The notes under the pieces are model-generated. The model ran no database searches and was not told the origin of the DNA. It worked only from the letters and a program-made list of their open reading frames with translations. Positions 38,956 to 49,326 of a DNA stretch of 64,000 nt are shown here, one piece after another; positions within the stretch are counted from its first letter, which is position 1; each line of letters starts with the position of its first letter. A program made the position numbers and the translations under genes. Source of the stretch: Fidelibacterota bacterium (GTDB lineage: Bacteria; Fidelibacterota; UBA2242); contig JADHWC010000003.1 of the NCBI GenBank assembly GCA_016783665.1, positions 1,959 through 65,958 of the forward strand. Reading direction: 5' to 3'.

Positions 38956-40152
38956 CTATTTTGTTGAAATAAGGTTAACGGGCAATAATTCGAGACCACT
39001 TAACAGCTCCAGCGATGCGCCACCGCCGGTCGATACGTGAGTAACCTTATCCATCAATTTGAATTTTTTCATAGCGGATGCCGAATCTCCTCCGCCAACA
39101 ACCGTTACGGCATCTCTAGAAGTAATATCTGCTAATTTTCTGGCGATAGATTCAGTTCCCGTCGAAAACTGCTGGATCTCAAATACTCCCATTGGTCCGT
39201 TCCAAAGTACGGTTTTACTTTCATCGATAATATTGGTAAAAATCATCGTCGTTTCAGGTCCGATATCAACACCCATTTTATCTTCAGGTATCTGATCAGC
39301 TCCAACAATTGTCATTTCAGCATCTTCGGAAATTTCCGTAACGGTAACGACATCGGTTGGCAAATAGATATTACAACCATGCTGTTTGGCGTTTTCAAGC
39401 GTTTCACAGGCAAGCTCGATCTTATCTTCTTCAAGCAGCGATTTTCCAATCTGGTAGCCTTTGGCTTTTAGAAAGGTATAAGCCAATCCACCGCCAATTA
39501 AAATATTATCAACCTTTCCGAATAATTTCTCAATAATTTCGATTTTACCTGTTACTTTTGCTCCACCGAGAATAGCGGTGTAGGGCTTTTCCGGTTTATC
39601 AAGATAATCCCGCAGATAATGCAGTTCTTTTTCAAGTAAATATCCGGCTGCGCGTTGTTTAAAATATTCAGCGACCCCAGCCATTGAAGCGTGAGTGCGA
39701 TGGCTGGTTCCAAAAGCGTCGTTAACGTAAATATCAGCTAATTCAGCCAATTGAGCTGAAAATTCAGGATCATTTTTTGTTTCTGCTGCATGAAACCTTA
39801 AATTTTCGAGTAACAGCACTTCACCATCTTTTAACAACCCGACCATTTTTTTCACTTCTTCGCCAATACAATCAGGAGCAAAATACACTTTATTATTAAT
39901 CAGATCGCCAAGTTTGTCAGCAACCGGTTTTAAACTGTACTTCGGATCCTTTTTCCCTTTTGGTCGTCCAAGATGGGACATTAATATAACTCTACCGCCA
40001 TCATTTAACAATTTAATGATTGTTGGAAGAGCAGCCCGAATTCGAAAATCATCAGTAACATTTTGTTTTTCATCCAGTGGCACATTAAAATCCACGCGTA
40101 CCAATATTTTTTTACCATTCACTTGTAAATCATCGATTGTTAGCCGTGCCAT
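38956..40152 (-). CDS. pgk: Phosphoglycerate kinase
   Basis: 398 aa with RVDFNVP near the N-terminus and a C-terminal GGGA..LE.L.G motif; canonical pgk-tpiA-secG order. Confidence 0.95.
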   Translation of the reverse strand: MARLTIDDLQVNGKKILVRVDFNVPLDEKQNVTDDFRIRAALPTIIKLLNDGGRVILMSHLGRPKGKKDPKYSLKPVADKLGDLINNKVYFAPDCIGEEVKKMVGLLKDGEVLLLENLRFHAAETKNDPEFSAQLAELADIYVNDAFGTSHRTHASMAGVAEYFKQRAAGYLLEKELHYLRDYLDKPEKPYTAILGGAKVTGKIEIIEKLFGKVDNILIGGGLAYTFLKAKGYQIGKSLLEEDKIELACETLENAKQHGCNIYLPTDVVTVTEISEDAEMTIVGADQIPEDKMGVDIGPETTMIFTNIIDESKTVLWNGPMGVFEIQQFSTGTESIARKLADITSRDAVTVVGGGDSASAMKKFKLMDKVTHVSTGGGASLELLSGLELLPVNLISTK

Positions 40153-40232
40153 ATTTCACCTTTAATTAGAATTTTAAACAACCGGAATTTTACCTTATTC
40201 AACGATATTATTCAAGAAAAATATGGAGAATT

Positions 40233-40982
40233 TTATACCGGAGCTGCAACTGTTACACCAATCACTTTTTTTACGCCGCGTTTCTTCAGGACGCCTGCAG
40301 CGGAATTTAATGTCGATCCGGTCGTGAATACATCATCGATAAGAACAGCGCAGTGTATCCCTGATAAATCAACCCCATCGGCAATTTCAAACGCATCCTG
40401 CATGTTTTTTTGTCTTTCAGTCGCCGATAATTGGGTTTGGGTTTCAGTGTTTTTAATACGCTTGAGCAAGCGCCTATGAATAGTTAAACCAAGGATTTCA
40501 GCAATTCCAATTGCAATGTAATTGGATTGATTATATCCGCGTTCGCGGTATTTAACCGGATGTAACGGAACCGGTATCAATACAGTTTCATTAGAAACAG
40601 GAATCTGGTTTTTCACTTTTGTTGAGACCTTTTTACCAAGTTCGATACCAAGTGATTTGAAACCATTATACTTTAAAAAATGAATAATTGTTTGAACTAA
40701 TTCATCAAATACAAATACCGGAATCATCATATCTATATTATCCGGGACAGGCTTGCTTTTAATGATATCGGGACTAAGGTATGATATATTACGCCAGCAT
40801 GATTCGCAAACTAAAGATTGTGTTTCGTTCATTCTGCGCTTGCATACAATACACGCTACCGGAAATAATAACGAAGAAATACCCCGAAAAATGTCATTGA
40901 TAAATCTGATTTTCATATTCCCGGTCAATTTTAACAGGAGTAAAGAATTTACATCTGTTCTGTGAATACCTGGTAATTCCAT
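40233..40982 (-). CDS. comF: ComF family protein (phosphoribosyltransferase domain, competence-related)
   Basis: N-terminal CxxC...CxxC zinc finger (CIVCKRR...CESCW) and C-terminal PRTase motif VLIDDVFTTGSTL; the start is likely at the internal Met (MKIRF). Confidence 0.75.
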   Translation of the reverse strand: MELPGIHRTDVNSLLLLKLTGNMKIRFINDIFRGISSLLFPVACIVCKRRMNETQSLVCESCWRNISYLSPDIIKSKPVPDNIDMMIPVFVFDELVQTIIHFLKYNGFKSLGIELGKKVSTKVKNQIPVSNETVLIPVPLHPVKYRERGYNQSNYIAIGIAEILGLTIHRRLLKRIKNTETQTQLSATERQKNMQDAFEIADGVDLSGIHCAVLIDDVFTTGSTLNSAAGVLKKRGVKKVIGVTVAAPV

Positions 40983-41039
40983 TTATTTAGTGTCTACGGC
41001 TGTTACCCGTCGTATCTCAGTCAATTCTTAATGACAGTG

Positions 41040-42419
41040 TTAATAACCATATTGATCCATAGAACTTGATGTCGGAGAAACCCAGCGTTGCCATTGATAA
41101 TCCTGCAGCTCATTACGGGCAGTAGAATGAACTAATTCCATTTGTCCAAATCCGCTTTTATCTACAAAAATAAATTGAACGCCACCTTCAATCTCATAGT
41201 AATGCCAGATCTGGTATGGTTTGGATTCGATTGAGCTCGGATATCGTTCAATTTCGGAGGGCGCCCCATAGATCAAGAAGACGCGTCCCAGGTCCGTCTT
41301 CCAGCCTTTTTGACGGTGAGTTGAAAATTGTCCGTCAACATATTGAAGACGTTGCTGAAATTCAGCCTGTGCTTCGTTAATTGGAGTGGAAGGATTCGGA
41401 TCCCGCTTAATCCAGAATTTTGCAATGATATTGCGTTTCCCTTCAATATCGGATTTTCGATACTGTCTAATCTCTTTATCGATGGCATAATATTTCATCG
41501 GTCCAAACATCTCATCCAACTGTTTTTCTGTTAATGTTGACAGGTTTGCCTCTTCAAGAGTCTTTGTGAACAATTCTTCACGATCATCTTTCATTATATA
41601 GAAACGCTTCACGGACTCGGATTGTTGATTTACGGATTCATCAATAACAGTTATTTTAAAATCATAAAGACCGGAACTCAGGTCTTGAATGTCTATCGAA
41701 TTCAACTCAACAGCGGATGTGCCAGGTTTTTTCTTTGGCATCCAATCGAGCGAAGTAACAACATTACCATTCAAATCCGTAATGGAATACTGCACTTTAT
41801 ATTTACTATCACTGGATTTATCATAATCTAAATTGTACACCTCGCAGAATCCATAGATCTTTTTGTTTTGTGATCCATATATATTACTTGCATTTGGAAT
41901 AATATCATATCCGAAGTATTTGCTGAATTTATTTTGTTTCGCTGTTTTTGAAACCTGAGCGCTTAATTGGATATCACTTATTTGTAATTCTGAATGGGAA
42001 TATTTTTTCAGATCGATAAGTTTTTTCTTCCTGTATATTTTCTTCGAGGTTAGATCCATCACTATCGCAATTATTTGATATTGCCCTTCCGGTATCGACA
42101 CTGTTATCATTTCGGGAATTTTCTGAGCATCGGAAATATTTGTTAATTCATTTGTTTGATCAACAATACTCCATTCCTTCATATCTCTGACGGTATCGTT
42201 TTGGGCAAATGCTATCCTGATATGTCCATTAGATCGATAAGTGTTTTCAACTTTGGAAAATTCAAACAAGGTCCTCGGAATCATCAAATATACTTCAACG
42301 ATATCATTATTATCGGATCCGCGAAATATCGCGTAATCAAGATCAAAATCAACGGCAAATACCGGCGTTATAATCGATACAAACATTATCATAGCAATTA
42401 GGCAGGTTTTTGTTTTCAT
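41040..42419 (-). CDS. GWxTD domain-containing secreted protein (paralog 2)
   Basis: 459 aa with a signal peptide and C-terminal KGWKTDLGRVFLIYGAPSE...YQIWHYY, paralogous to 2282-3556. Confidence 0.75.
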   Translation of the reverse strand: MKTKTCLIAMIMFVSIITPVFAVDFDLDYAIFRGSDNNDIVEVYLMIPRTLFEFSKVENTYRSNGHIRIAFAQNDTVRDMKEWSIVDQTNELTNISDAQKIPEMITVSIPEGQYQIIAIVMDLTSKKIYRKKKLIDLKKYSHSELQISDIQLSAQVSKTAKQNKFSKYFGYDIIPNASNIYGSQNKKIYGFCEVYNLDYDKSSDSKYKVQYSITDLNGNVVTSLDWMPKKKPGTSAVELNSIDIQDLSSGLYDFKITVIDESVNQQSESVKRFYIMKDDREELFTKTLEEANLSTLTEKQLDEMFGPMKYYAIDKEIRQYRKSDIEGKRNIIAKFWIKRDPNPSTPINEAQAEFQQRLQYVDGQFSTHRQKGWKTDLGRVFLIYGAPSEIERYPSSIESKPYQIWHYYEIEGGVQFIFVDKSGFGQMELVHSTARNELQDYQWQRWVSPTSSSMDQYGY

Positions 42420-42421
42420 AA

Positions 42422-45400
42422 CTACTCCAATTTTACGGATACAATCTGAGAAATCCCACTTTCCGCCATTGTAACGCCATAAAGGGAATCGGCAATACTC
42501 ATTGTTGATTTATTATGGGTGACAATGATAAACTGGGTTTTTTCAGAAAACGTTTTTATAACATTCGTAAACCGCTGGGTATTCTGATCATCCAGCGGCG
42601 CATCTACTTCATCAAGAATACAAAAGGGGCTGGGTTTTACCTGATAGATACCAAACAGCAGCGCAATCGCCGTTAATGCTTTTTCACCACCGGATAACAT
42701 TTTCAACGACCGCATCTTTTTTCCGCTGGGACATGCCCATATTTCAATCTGAGCTTCCAGTGGATCGCTGTCACCGATTATTTTCAGGTCAGCTTCTCCC
42801 CCATCAAAAAATATAGAAAATGTTGATTTGAAATTTTGTCTGATTTTCTCAAAGGTTTCAAGGAACTGTTCCCGGGCAATTTTATCAATTTGAAGAATAA
42901 CTTCGTTGAGTCCTTTTTCCGACTTGATCAAATCGTCACGTTGTTCTATCAGAAACTTGAGACGTGAATTTTCTTCCTCGTATTCATCTTTAACCGCCAT
43001 GTTGACCATTCCGATCAATTCGAGATTCCGTTTATGACGGTCAACAGCGCGCTGGATTTCTTCAACAGAAGAAAGTTCTTCCGGAAGCTGCTCCGGAATT
43101 TGTTGATTGTATTTCTCAAAAAGTACCGATTGAATCTCATTAATTGTCGCATTAAATCCTGATTTTTTTAATTCCTGCTGACTGATTGAATCGGTCAGTA
43201 TCTCCTTGTTGCGACGTAACTGGTACAACTGTTCATTTAATTCTTGAATACTCGATCTAATTCCCTGAAAGGCATTACGAAACTCTTCAATATGTTTTTC
43301 CGTAGCAGTCACCTTTTCCTGAAACTCATTCAGCTGTAGTTGATTCGTCTGGATTTTAGATTGAATATCAACTGCAATCTTTTCATTCTTCTCTTTTTCG
43401 ATTAACGAAATTTCTTTATTTTCTATCGCCTTCCGGATAGATCTTCCTGCAATTTCCTGGCTATCGGCAACATTTCTGAATTTATTCTCAAGATTAATCA
43501 GTTCGATTCTCCGATTTTGTCGCTCGGAAACAACTTGATCCAATTCAGTCTTGACAGATGATGCAGCCTCTCTCTTTTCCGCGATTTTTCCTTCGATTGC
43601 CTTTATGTCCGTATCAAGACTTGATTTCTCCGGATCTTCTCTCGTCATTCTCTCTTTGAAATTTTCAATCAGCACTTTCAGAGAGATGTGATTATCCTCA
43701 AGGGTTTTTTGAATGCTTTTGGTTTCCAGATATTTGGATTCATTCTGACGTGATTGCTCCTGAAGATCACGAAGTTTTTGTTCCTGCTCTTTTATATTCT
43801 GTGATAGCATCTTCTTTTCATTCAATGTTTTCGCAATATCGCGCTGAACGCTTTCTAATTGGGCTTGAATTCCCCGCAACTCATTTCCAACCGAATCTGC
43901 TTCTCGCTCAAACCGGTACAATTTTTCTGAACGCCCGATCAGCATACCGGATTCCGAAGATTCCGAACCTCCTGAGAAGAAGCCGTTGGCATCCCGGAAT
44001 CGTCCTTTATCAGAGACAAGAGAAACGTCTTGTAGCGCCGGATCTTCGATCAATTGATCAAATTTGCCATCTTCACAACAAAATATTTGCTGGAATAAAA
44101 ATTCTTTCAGTGAATTAAGTGAGTTATCACATTTTATATATGATGTCAGCGGAGTCAGATTCTTAACTGACGCGCTTGACTCTACCTGAAATTTTACATC
44201 AAGTGGAATTATAGAAACCCGACCCTTTCCGGTCAGCGTCAGTTTTTCGAGTGTTTCGAGCGCCGCTTTCTTATGATCGGCTACCAGTAATCGTGAAATA
44301 TCCTTGATAACGGCTTCGACAGCCAGGTAATATTTTGGATCGACCGACAAGAGATCCGATAACGCGCCTCTGATTCCTGAAAAATCGCTCAGATTATCGA
44401 GCACATATTGTAATCCGGGACTAAACCCTTCTTTTGTTTGGATAATACCGCTGTAAAACTGAATTTGATTATTTAAACGGTCTAATTTTGATTCTACCTG
44501 GCGTCGTTCATTCTGCAAATCACGTTCGGAATCTAGGAGTTGACTATACCGTATTTCAAATTTATCGAAATTTTCTCGATAATTATCAAGGTCATTCGTA
44601 AGGACTTCAATGGATTTTCGTACCTGATCGAGTATAACGGAAAAATTTTGCTCATTATCCTTCTCAACGTTGAGCTGTTTTTCTACCGACGTCAGCTCAT
44701 TTTCCCGTTGGGTAATATTATCCTGAAGACTGCCGTGACGGGCGCTGTATTCAGCCTGTTGCTTTAATAAGCCAAAACGTTTTTCCTGCAAAACCTGGAT
44801 TTCAGAATTTATTACGGAATATTGTTGCTCAATTTCCTCACTTTTTCCTTCTGTTATTTCAAACGATTCACGTTTGTATTCCAGCGTTTTCTTAATCTCT
44901 ATATATTGTTCTTTCAGCTGAGCTTCTCTCTGCCGGTTATCTGATACTGTTTTTTCAGATTGCCGAATGTCATTTTGAAGACGGGATATGGTTTGGTGAA
45001 TGTTACGAAGTTGTTCTTTTAAAACCAGTTCACTGGACAGATATTTATTATGTTCCTCCCTGATTTCAGCCAGTTCACTGTTTTTCTCGTCCAGGATATT
45101 TTCCTGTTCTTCAAATTCTTTCTGCCTGGTGTTCCAGATTTCTTCTTTGCTGCTCAGATCGGTTATTATCTGATTAAATTTCTGCCGTTCATTTTTCAGG
45201 TGTTCCTCAATGGGATCCAGGGAAGTCTTGATATTAGCGACTTTCCGGCTTGCCAGCTGCACTTCGGATTCAATCAATTTCTGAGTAATTTCCTGATGTT
45301 TTTCATATCGCTTAAGTTGTCGTCGTAAATTTTTGACTTTTGAATCAACTTCGGAGATGATATCATATAAGCGGGTTAAATCGTCTTTGGTCGCTTCCAG

Positions 45401-45940
45401 CTTACGCAAGGCAGATTTACGCTGGATACGGTATTTATTGACGCCGGCGGCTTCTTCAAAGAGACGTTTCCGTTCCTCCGGGTTTTCACTGAGGATATCT
45501 TCGATCATCTTTAATTCGATGATGGAATAAGCATTTGCCCCCATGCCGGTATCAATAAACAGATCGGTTATATCTTTCAGGCGGCAGAGATTGTTATTGA
45601 TAAAATATTCGCTTTCACCATTGCGATAGACACGACGTGAAATAACGATATCCGAATAAGGCAGAGAAAGTTTACCGCTGACGTTATGAATGGTCAGCGA
45701 AACTTCCGCCAGATTCAGCTGGCGGCGGGTAGCAGTCCCGTTAAAAATTATATCGGTATTCCGGTCAGCCCTGAGAACACTCGATTTCTGTTCGCCGATT
45801 ACCCAGCGTATGGCATCGACGATATTGGTTTTACCGCAACCATTCGGTCCAACAACTGTTGTTATTCCTTTACCGAAATGGATTTCCGATTTTCTGGAAA
45901 ACGATTTGAAGCCGTAAAGAGAAAGTTTTGAAATATACAT
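42422..45940 (-). CDS. smc: Chromosome segregation protein SMC
   Basis: 1172 aa with N-terminal Walker A (GPNGCGKTN), long coiled coils with a central hinge, and C-terminal signature (LSGGEKALTAIALLF) and Walker B (FCILDEVDAPLD). Confidence 0.93.
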   Translation of the reverse strand: MYISKLSLYGFKSFSRKSEIHFGKGITTVVGPNGCGKTNIVDAIRWVIGEQKSSVLRADRNTDIIFNGTATRRQLNLAEVSLTIHNVSGKLSLPYSDIVISRRVYRNGESEYFINNNLCRLKDITDLFIDTGMGANAYSIIELKMIEDILSENPEERKRLFEEAAGVNKYRIQRKSALRKLEATKDDLTRLYDIISEVDSKVKNLRRQLKRYEKHQEITQKLIESEVQLASRKVANIKTSLDPIEEHLKNERQKFNQIITDLSSKEEIWNTRQKEFEEQENILDEKNSELAEIREEHNKYLSSELVLKEQLRNIHQTISRLQNDIRQSEKTVSDNRQREAQLKEQYIEIKKTLEYKRESFEITEGKSEEIEQQYSVINSEIQVLQEKRFGLLKQQAEYSARHGSLQDNITQRENELTSVEKQLNVEKDNEQNFSVILDQVRKSIEVLTNDLDNYRENFDKFEIRYSQLLDSERDLQNERRQVESKLDRLNNQIQFYSGIIQTKEGFSPGLQYVLDNLSDFSGIRGALSDLLSVDPKYYLAVEAVIKDISRLLVADHKKAALETLEKLTLTGKGRVSIIPLDVKFQVESSASVKNLTPLTSYIKCDNSLNSLKEFLFQQIFCCEDGKFDQLIEDPALQDVSLVSDKGRFRDANGFFSGGSESSESGMLIGRSEKLYRFEREADSVGNELRGIQAQLESVQRDIAKTLNEKKMLSQNIKEQEQKLRDLQEQSRQNESKYLETKSIQKTLEDNHISLKVLIENFKERMTREDPEKSSLDTDIKAIEGKIAEKREAASSVKTELDQVVSERQNRRIELINLENKFRNVADSQEIAGRSIRKAIENKEISLIEKEKNEKIAVDIQSKIQTNQLQLNEFQEKVTATEKHIEEFRNAFQGIRSSIQELNEQLYQLRRNKEILTDSISQQELKKSGFNATINEIQSVLFEKYNQQIPEQLPEELSSVEEIQRAVDRHKRNLELIGMVNMAVKDEYEEENSRLKFLIEQRDDLIKSEKGLNEVILQIDKIAREQFLETFEKIRQNFKSTFSIFFDGGEADLKIIGDSDPLEAQIEIWACPSGKKMRSLKMLSGGEKALTAIALLFGIYQVKPSPFCILDEVDAPLDDQNTQRFTNVIKTFSEKTQFIIVTHNKSTMSIADSLYGVTMAESGISQIVSVKLE

Positions 45941-46075
45941 TAGCGAATTATTCAGTATTATGTGTTTACAAAGAACGCACGATTAATATATTCAATTTTA
46001 CTCTTATATGTAACGTGAAATTTGATAAACGGACAGAATCACAGACAAGCGGTCTCTATCATCTTCAAACATTCA

Positions 46076-46423
46076 TTAGCCCGGCGGCCAGGTCATTTTC
46101 CGTCCGCCAAACAGATGCAGGTGAATGTGATCGACTTCCTGTCCCCCGTCAGGACCACAATTAAACACTAAGCGGTATCCGTTTTTCGATATATTTTCCT
46201 GTTTAGCTATAGCATTCGCAGCCAAAACCATTCTTCCCGCCAGCTCACTATTCGAATCAGTCAGTTGATCGATCCTGGCAATATGCTCTCTCGGAATAAT
46301 CAGGATGTGGGTTGGCGCTTGCGGATTGATATCACGAATTGCCACGAGTTCATCGCTTTCAAAGATAAACCGGGTGTTCAACTCTCCCCGGGCAATTTTA
46401 CAAAAGATGCAACTGTCTTCCAC
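46076..46423 (-). CDS. HIT-family (histidine triad) nucleotide-binding protein
   Basis: 115 aa with CIFCKI and the triad HIHLHLFGG. Confidence 0.85.
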   Translation of the reverse strand: MEDSCIFCKIARGELNTRFIFESDELVAIRDINPQAPTHILIIPREHIARIDQLTDSNSELAGRMVLAANAIAKQENISKNGYRLVFNCGPDGGQEVDHIHLHLFGGRKMTWPPG

Positions 46424-46437
46424 TCTTACCTCTTTCT

Positions 46438-47154
46438 CTAATTTATATAAGCGTAAATACCTGTTATTGCTACAATGGCAGCCAGTTCCGTCCGCAACCT
46501 GTACGGATGAATACTGACCGGCGTGAACCCTTTTATAACAGCGGATTCAATCTCATCCGAATGTAAACCACCTTCAGGTCCGATAAGGATAGCGACTGTT
46601 TTATGATCGATTTGTTTTGTCAGAGCCGTTTGTAACGATATAGAATGATCTTGTTCAGCGACAAGTTTTACCGGAACGTTCGCTGCCATATCCAACCAGT
46701 CAGGCAATTCAACCGGCTCATGAATTTCCGGTAAATAGAAGCTGCCGCTCTGTTTTAACGACTCTATTGCGATCTTTTGCATCCGGTCAGAATTAAATCC
46801 CTGTTTGACAGAATGCTGAGTAAGTAACGGAACGAATTGACTGACGCCAAGGGCTGATGCTTCACGAATTAACAGATCCAGCGCTTTACTTTTAATCAGT
46901 CCAAATGCCAGAACGATATCAGTTGATATTGGTTTGTTAATTTTTTCGGTGGAAATGATACGGCACTCACAATATTTTTTTGATATCCGATCTATAACAG
47001 CCGTGAATACTTCTCCCCTGCCGTTGAAAAGCGAAACCTCATCACCTGTTTTTTGCCTCAGAACGTAAATGCAATGCCTGAATTCATCGCCTTCCAAGAT
47101 TGCGGTATCATTCTGTATTTTACCGGGAGAAACGTAAAAGAAATATCGATGCAT
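46438..47154 (-). CDS. rsmE: 16S rRNA (uracil1498-N3)-methyltransferase RsmE
   Basis: 238 aa with an N-terminal PUA-like domain and C-terminal SPOUT motifs (ILIGPEGGL...E....GF....LG..ILR.ETA) typical of RsmE. Confidence 0.8.
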   Translation of the reverse strand: MHRYFFYVSPGKIQNDTAILEGDEFRHCIYVLRQKTGDEVSLFNGRGEVFTAVIDRISKKYCECRIISTEKINKPISTDIVLAFGLIKSKALDLLIREASALGVSQFVPLLTQHSVKQGFNSDRMQKIAIESLKQSGSFYLPEIHEPVELPDWLDMAANVPVKLVAEQDHSISLQTALTKQIDHKTVAILIGPEGGLHSDEIESAVIKGFTPVSIHPYRLRTELAAIVAITGIYAYIN

Positions 47155-47825
47155 TAAAACTTTTTCCCGATACTCACCTTTATCGTAATTCCGTTGAAAT
47201 CCTTCCTGCCGGTATAATATTTATCCGGTTCCTCAGGAAACTCATAAGGCAGGTCTATTTTATTAGCGAATTTCAAATACTCATATCCGACAAAAACCGA
47301 TATTAATGTTCGGGGTGTTGTCGCGAAATCCATCCCGGCGCCGAATCTGAAGATACCTGTAAAATACACTTCCATATTTTTCATCCTGTCTGAGAAATCA
47401 GGTACATTCGCCGGGTCAAGAGCAGTGACAAATCCACCATCAAGATGCAAATAGGGACGAAAGTTATTTGAAAGTTTATCAACGAATAGAATGCGTTTAT
47501 AGCCTACAAGAACCGGAATAAAGCTCAACCGGGTTTTATCAGATCGTTCATACGTATAACCATACGGGTCATAGGGATTGTATATGGGATAATCATTTTT
47601 CCCGCGTACGATCAACAGATGAATATTAGCCGTCAGTCTGTTCGAAGCGTTGATTGCATATTCATAAAATCCGCCAAATCCGGCGCCGTTGTTTGACTGA
47701 ATGATCGAAAAACCGCCGTATTTTGCATCGGGATCATCGATTCCTTTATTTGTCTGCCCAATAACCGGTTTAAAACACAATAAACCAGCCATTAAACCAA
47801 GCGCAATATAATATTTGTATTTCAT
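47154..47825 (-). CDS. Outer-membrane beta-barrel protein (hypothetical)
   Basis: 223 aa with a signal peptide, alternating amphipathic strands rich in Y/G, and a C-terminal Phe. Confidence 0.5.
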   Translation of the reverse strand: MKYKYYIALGLMAGLLCFKPVIGQTNKGIDDPDAKYGGFSIIQSNNGAGFGGFYEYAINASNRLTANIHLLIVRGKNDYPIYNPYDPYGYTYERSDKTRLSFIPVLVGYKRILFVDKLSNNFRPYLHLDGGFVTALDPANVPDFSDRMKNMEVYFTGIFRFGAGMDFATTPRTLISVFVGYEYLKFANKIDLPYEFPEEPDKYYTGRKDFNGITIKVSIGKKF

Positions 47826-47992
47826 AATGTCTCACTATTTTCTTACTGAAATTTACATTTCTATTCGTGAAAGCAAAAGTATTTTACTGTATTTTCAGAT
47901 GAATGTTTCGTGTTTTTTCTATTATGTTCATTCCTGATATTGAATTTTAGTAATTTTAAAGTATATTCCGGGAGATAATTACATAGGAATTT

Positions 47993-49069
47993 ATGAAAAA
48001 CACCATCTACTTAATGCGATTTCATCATACTGATCGGGTTGATCAAACCAAAAACCGGCTGAAAAAATTATTCAAAACCGCCGGATTTGATAAAATAGTC
48101 GCAGCCAATGATATCACCGCCGTGAAAGTTCATTTCGGCGAACCGGGAAACACGACTTATCTCTCACCTCATTATGTCGAACCAATCGTACGGATGATCA
48201 AAAGTTGCGGCGCAAAACCTTTTGTTACCGATACAAATGTCCTATATAAAAGCCGTCGTGATAATGCCATCGATCATCTTTCCGTCGCAACTGAACATGG
48301 ATTTACTTCCAAAAAATTGGGCGCTCCGGTCATCATCGCGGACGGAATTATGGGCAGGAATGAGACGGAGATCGAGATTGCGGCGCCGCTCAATAAAACC
48401 ATTTCGCTGGCAACGGAAATTGTCTCTGCAAATTCAGCGATTGTCATTTCTCACGCCACCGGTCATCTGGCAACCGGGTTGGCGGCAACCATCAAAAATC
48501 TGGGCATGGGGATGTCCAGCCGCAAAGGCAAACTAACCCAGCATTCCGTCTCCAAGCCGATAATCAGCGAAAGAAAGTGTACAGCCTGCGGTATCTGCGC
48601 CAATTGGTGCCCTGTCGATGCTATTATTGTCGGAGATGAGTTTGCGGTGATCAACGAAGATATCTGTATCGGCTGCGGTGAATGCCTGGCGGTTTGCCGG
48701 TTCAATGCCGTGAAGTTCAAATGGGACAGTTCATCGGAATTGCTACAGAAACAGGTTGCCGAACACGCCCTCGGGATCGTAAAGCAGAAAAATGGCAAAA
48801 TAGCGTACATGACTTTCATGATCAAAATGACTAAAGATTGCGACTGCCTGGCGCAGAAACCTGAAATTGTACTGGACGACATTGGCGTCCTGGCGGGAAC
48901 CGATCCGGTGGCAATCGACCAGGCGGTTTACGATCTGACAAAACAACGATCTGATAAATCTCTCTCAGAACTTTCCTACCCTTCACTGGATGCCAATGTG
49001 CAATTAGAATATGGCGAAAAGATTGGGTTGGGGAGCCGGGAATATCGGCTGGTGGAAACGGAGTTTTGA
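47993..49069 (+). CDS. DUF362-domain protein fused to a 2x[4Fe-4S] ferredoxin domain
   Basis: 358 aa with two CxxCxxCxxxCP motifs (CTACGICANWCP; CIGCGECLAVCR) embedded in a DUF362-like scaffold. Confidence 0.65.
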   Translation: MKNTIYLMRFHHTDRVDQTKNRLKKLFKTAGFDKIVAANDITAVKVHFGEPGNTTYLSPHYVEPIVRMIKSCGAKPFVTDTNVLYKSRRDNAIDHLSVATEHGFTSKKLGAPVIIADGIMGRNETEIEIAAPLNKTISLATEIVSANSAIVISHATGHLATGLAATIKNLGMGMSSRKGKLTQHSVSKPIISERKCTACGICANWCPVDAIIVGDEFAVINEDICIGCGECLAVCRFNAVKFKWDSSSELLQKQVAEHALGIVKQKNGKIAYMTFMIKMTKDCDCLAQKPEIVLDDIGVLAGTDPVAIDQAVYDLTKQRSDKSLSELSYPSLDANVQLEYGEKIGLGSREYRLVETEF

Positions 49070-49092
49070 TTACAATTCCAGATTTCCCACAG

Positions 49093-49160
49093 AACACCTG
49101 TCAGGTTTAGTCGATTAATCTTTTTCAGACGCGACCATTCTCATAAACCTGACAGGTGTT
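49093..49160. terminator. Perfect 17-bp inverted repeat (aacacctgtcaggttta ... taaacctgacaggtgtt) with ~34-nt loop between convergent genes
   Basis: Read directly; followed by TTTT on the plus strand, so it is a possible terminator for the DUF362 gene, though the loop is unusually long. Confidence 0.45.
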
Positions 49161-49326
49161 TTAACAACCCTTTTTACATCTCTTTCCTCATACCATTAAA
49201 GGTTTTTTCGCCGTATTTATTGCCATGATTACCTCTATTATTGCTTAACTATTCATTCAGCCCTATTCATATCCGTCAGGTCTGAGGACCTTACGGAACT
49301 GAAAATATTCAGTCGGCAGAATCACT

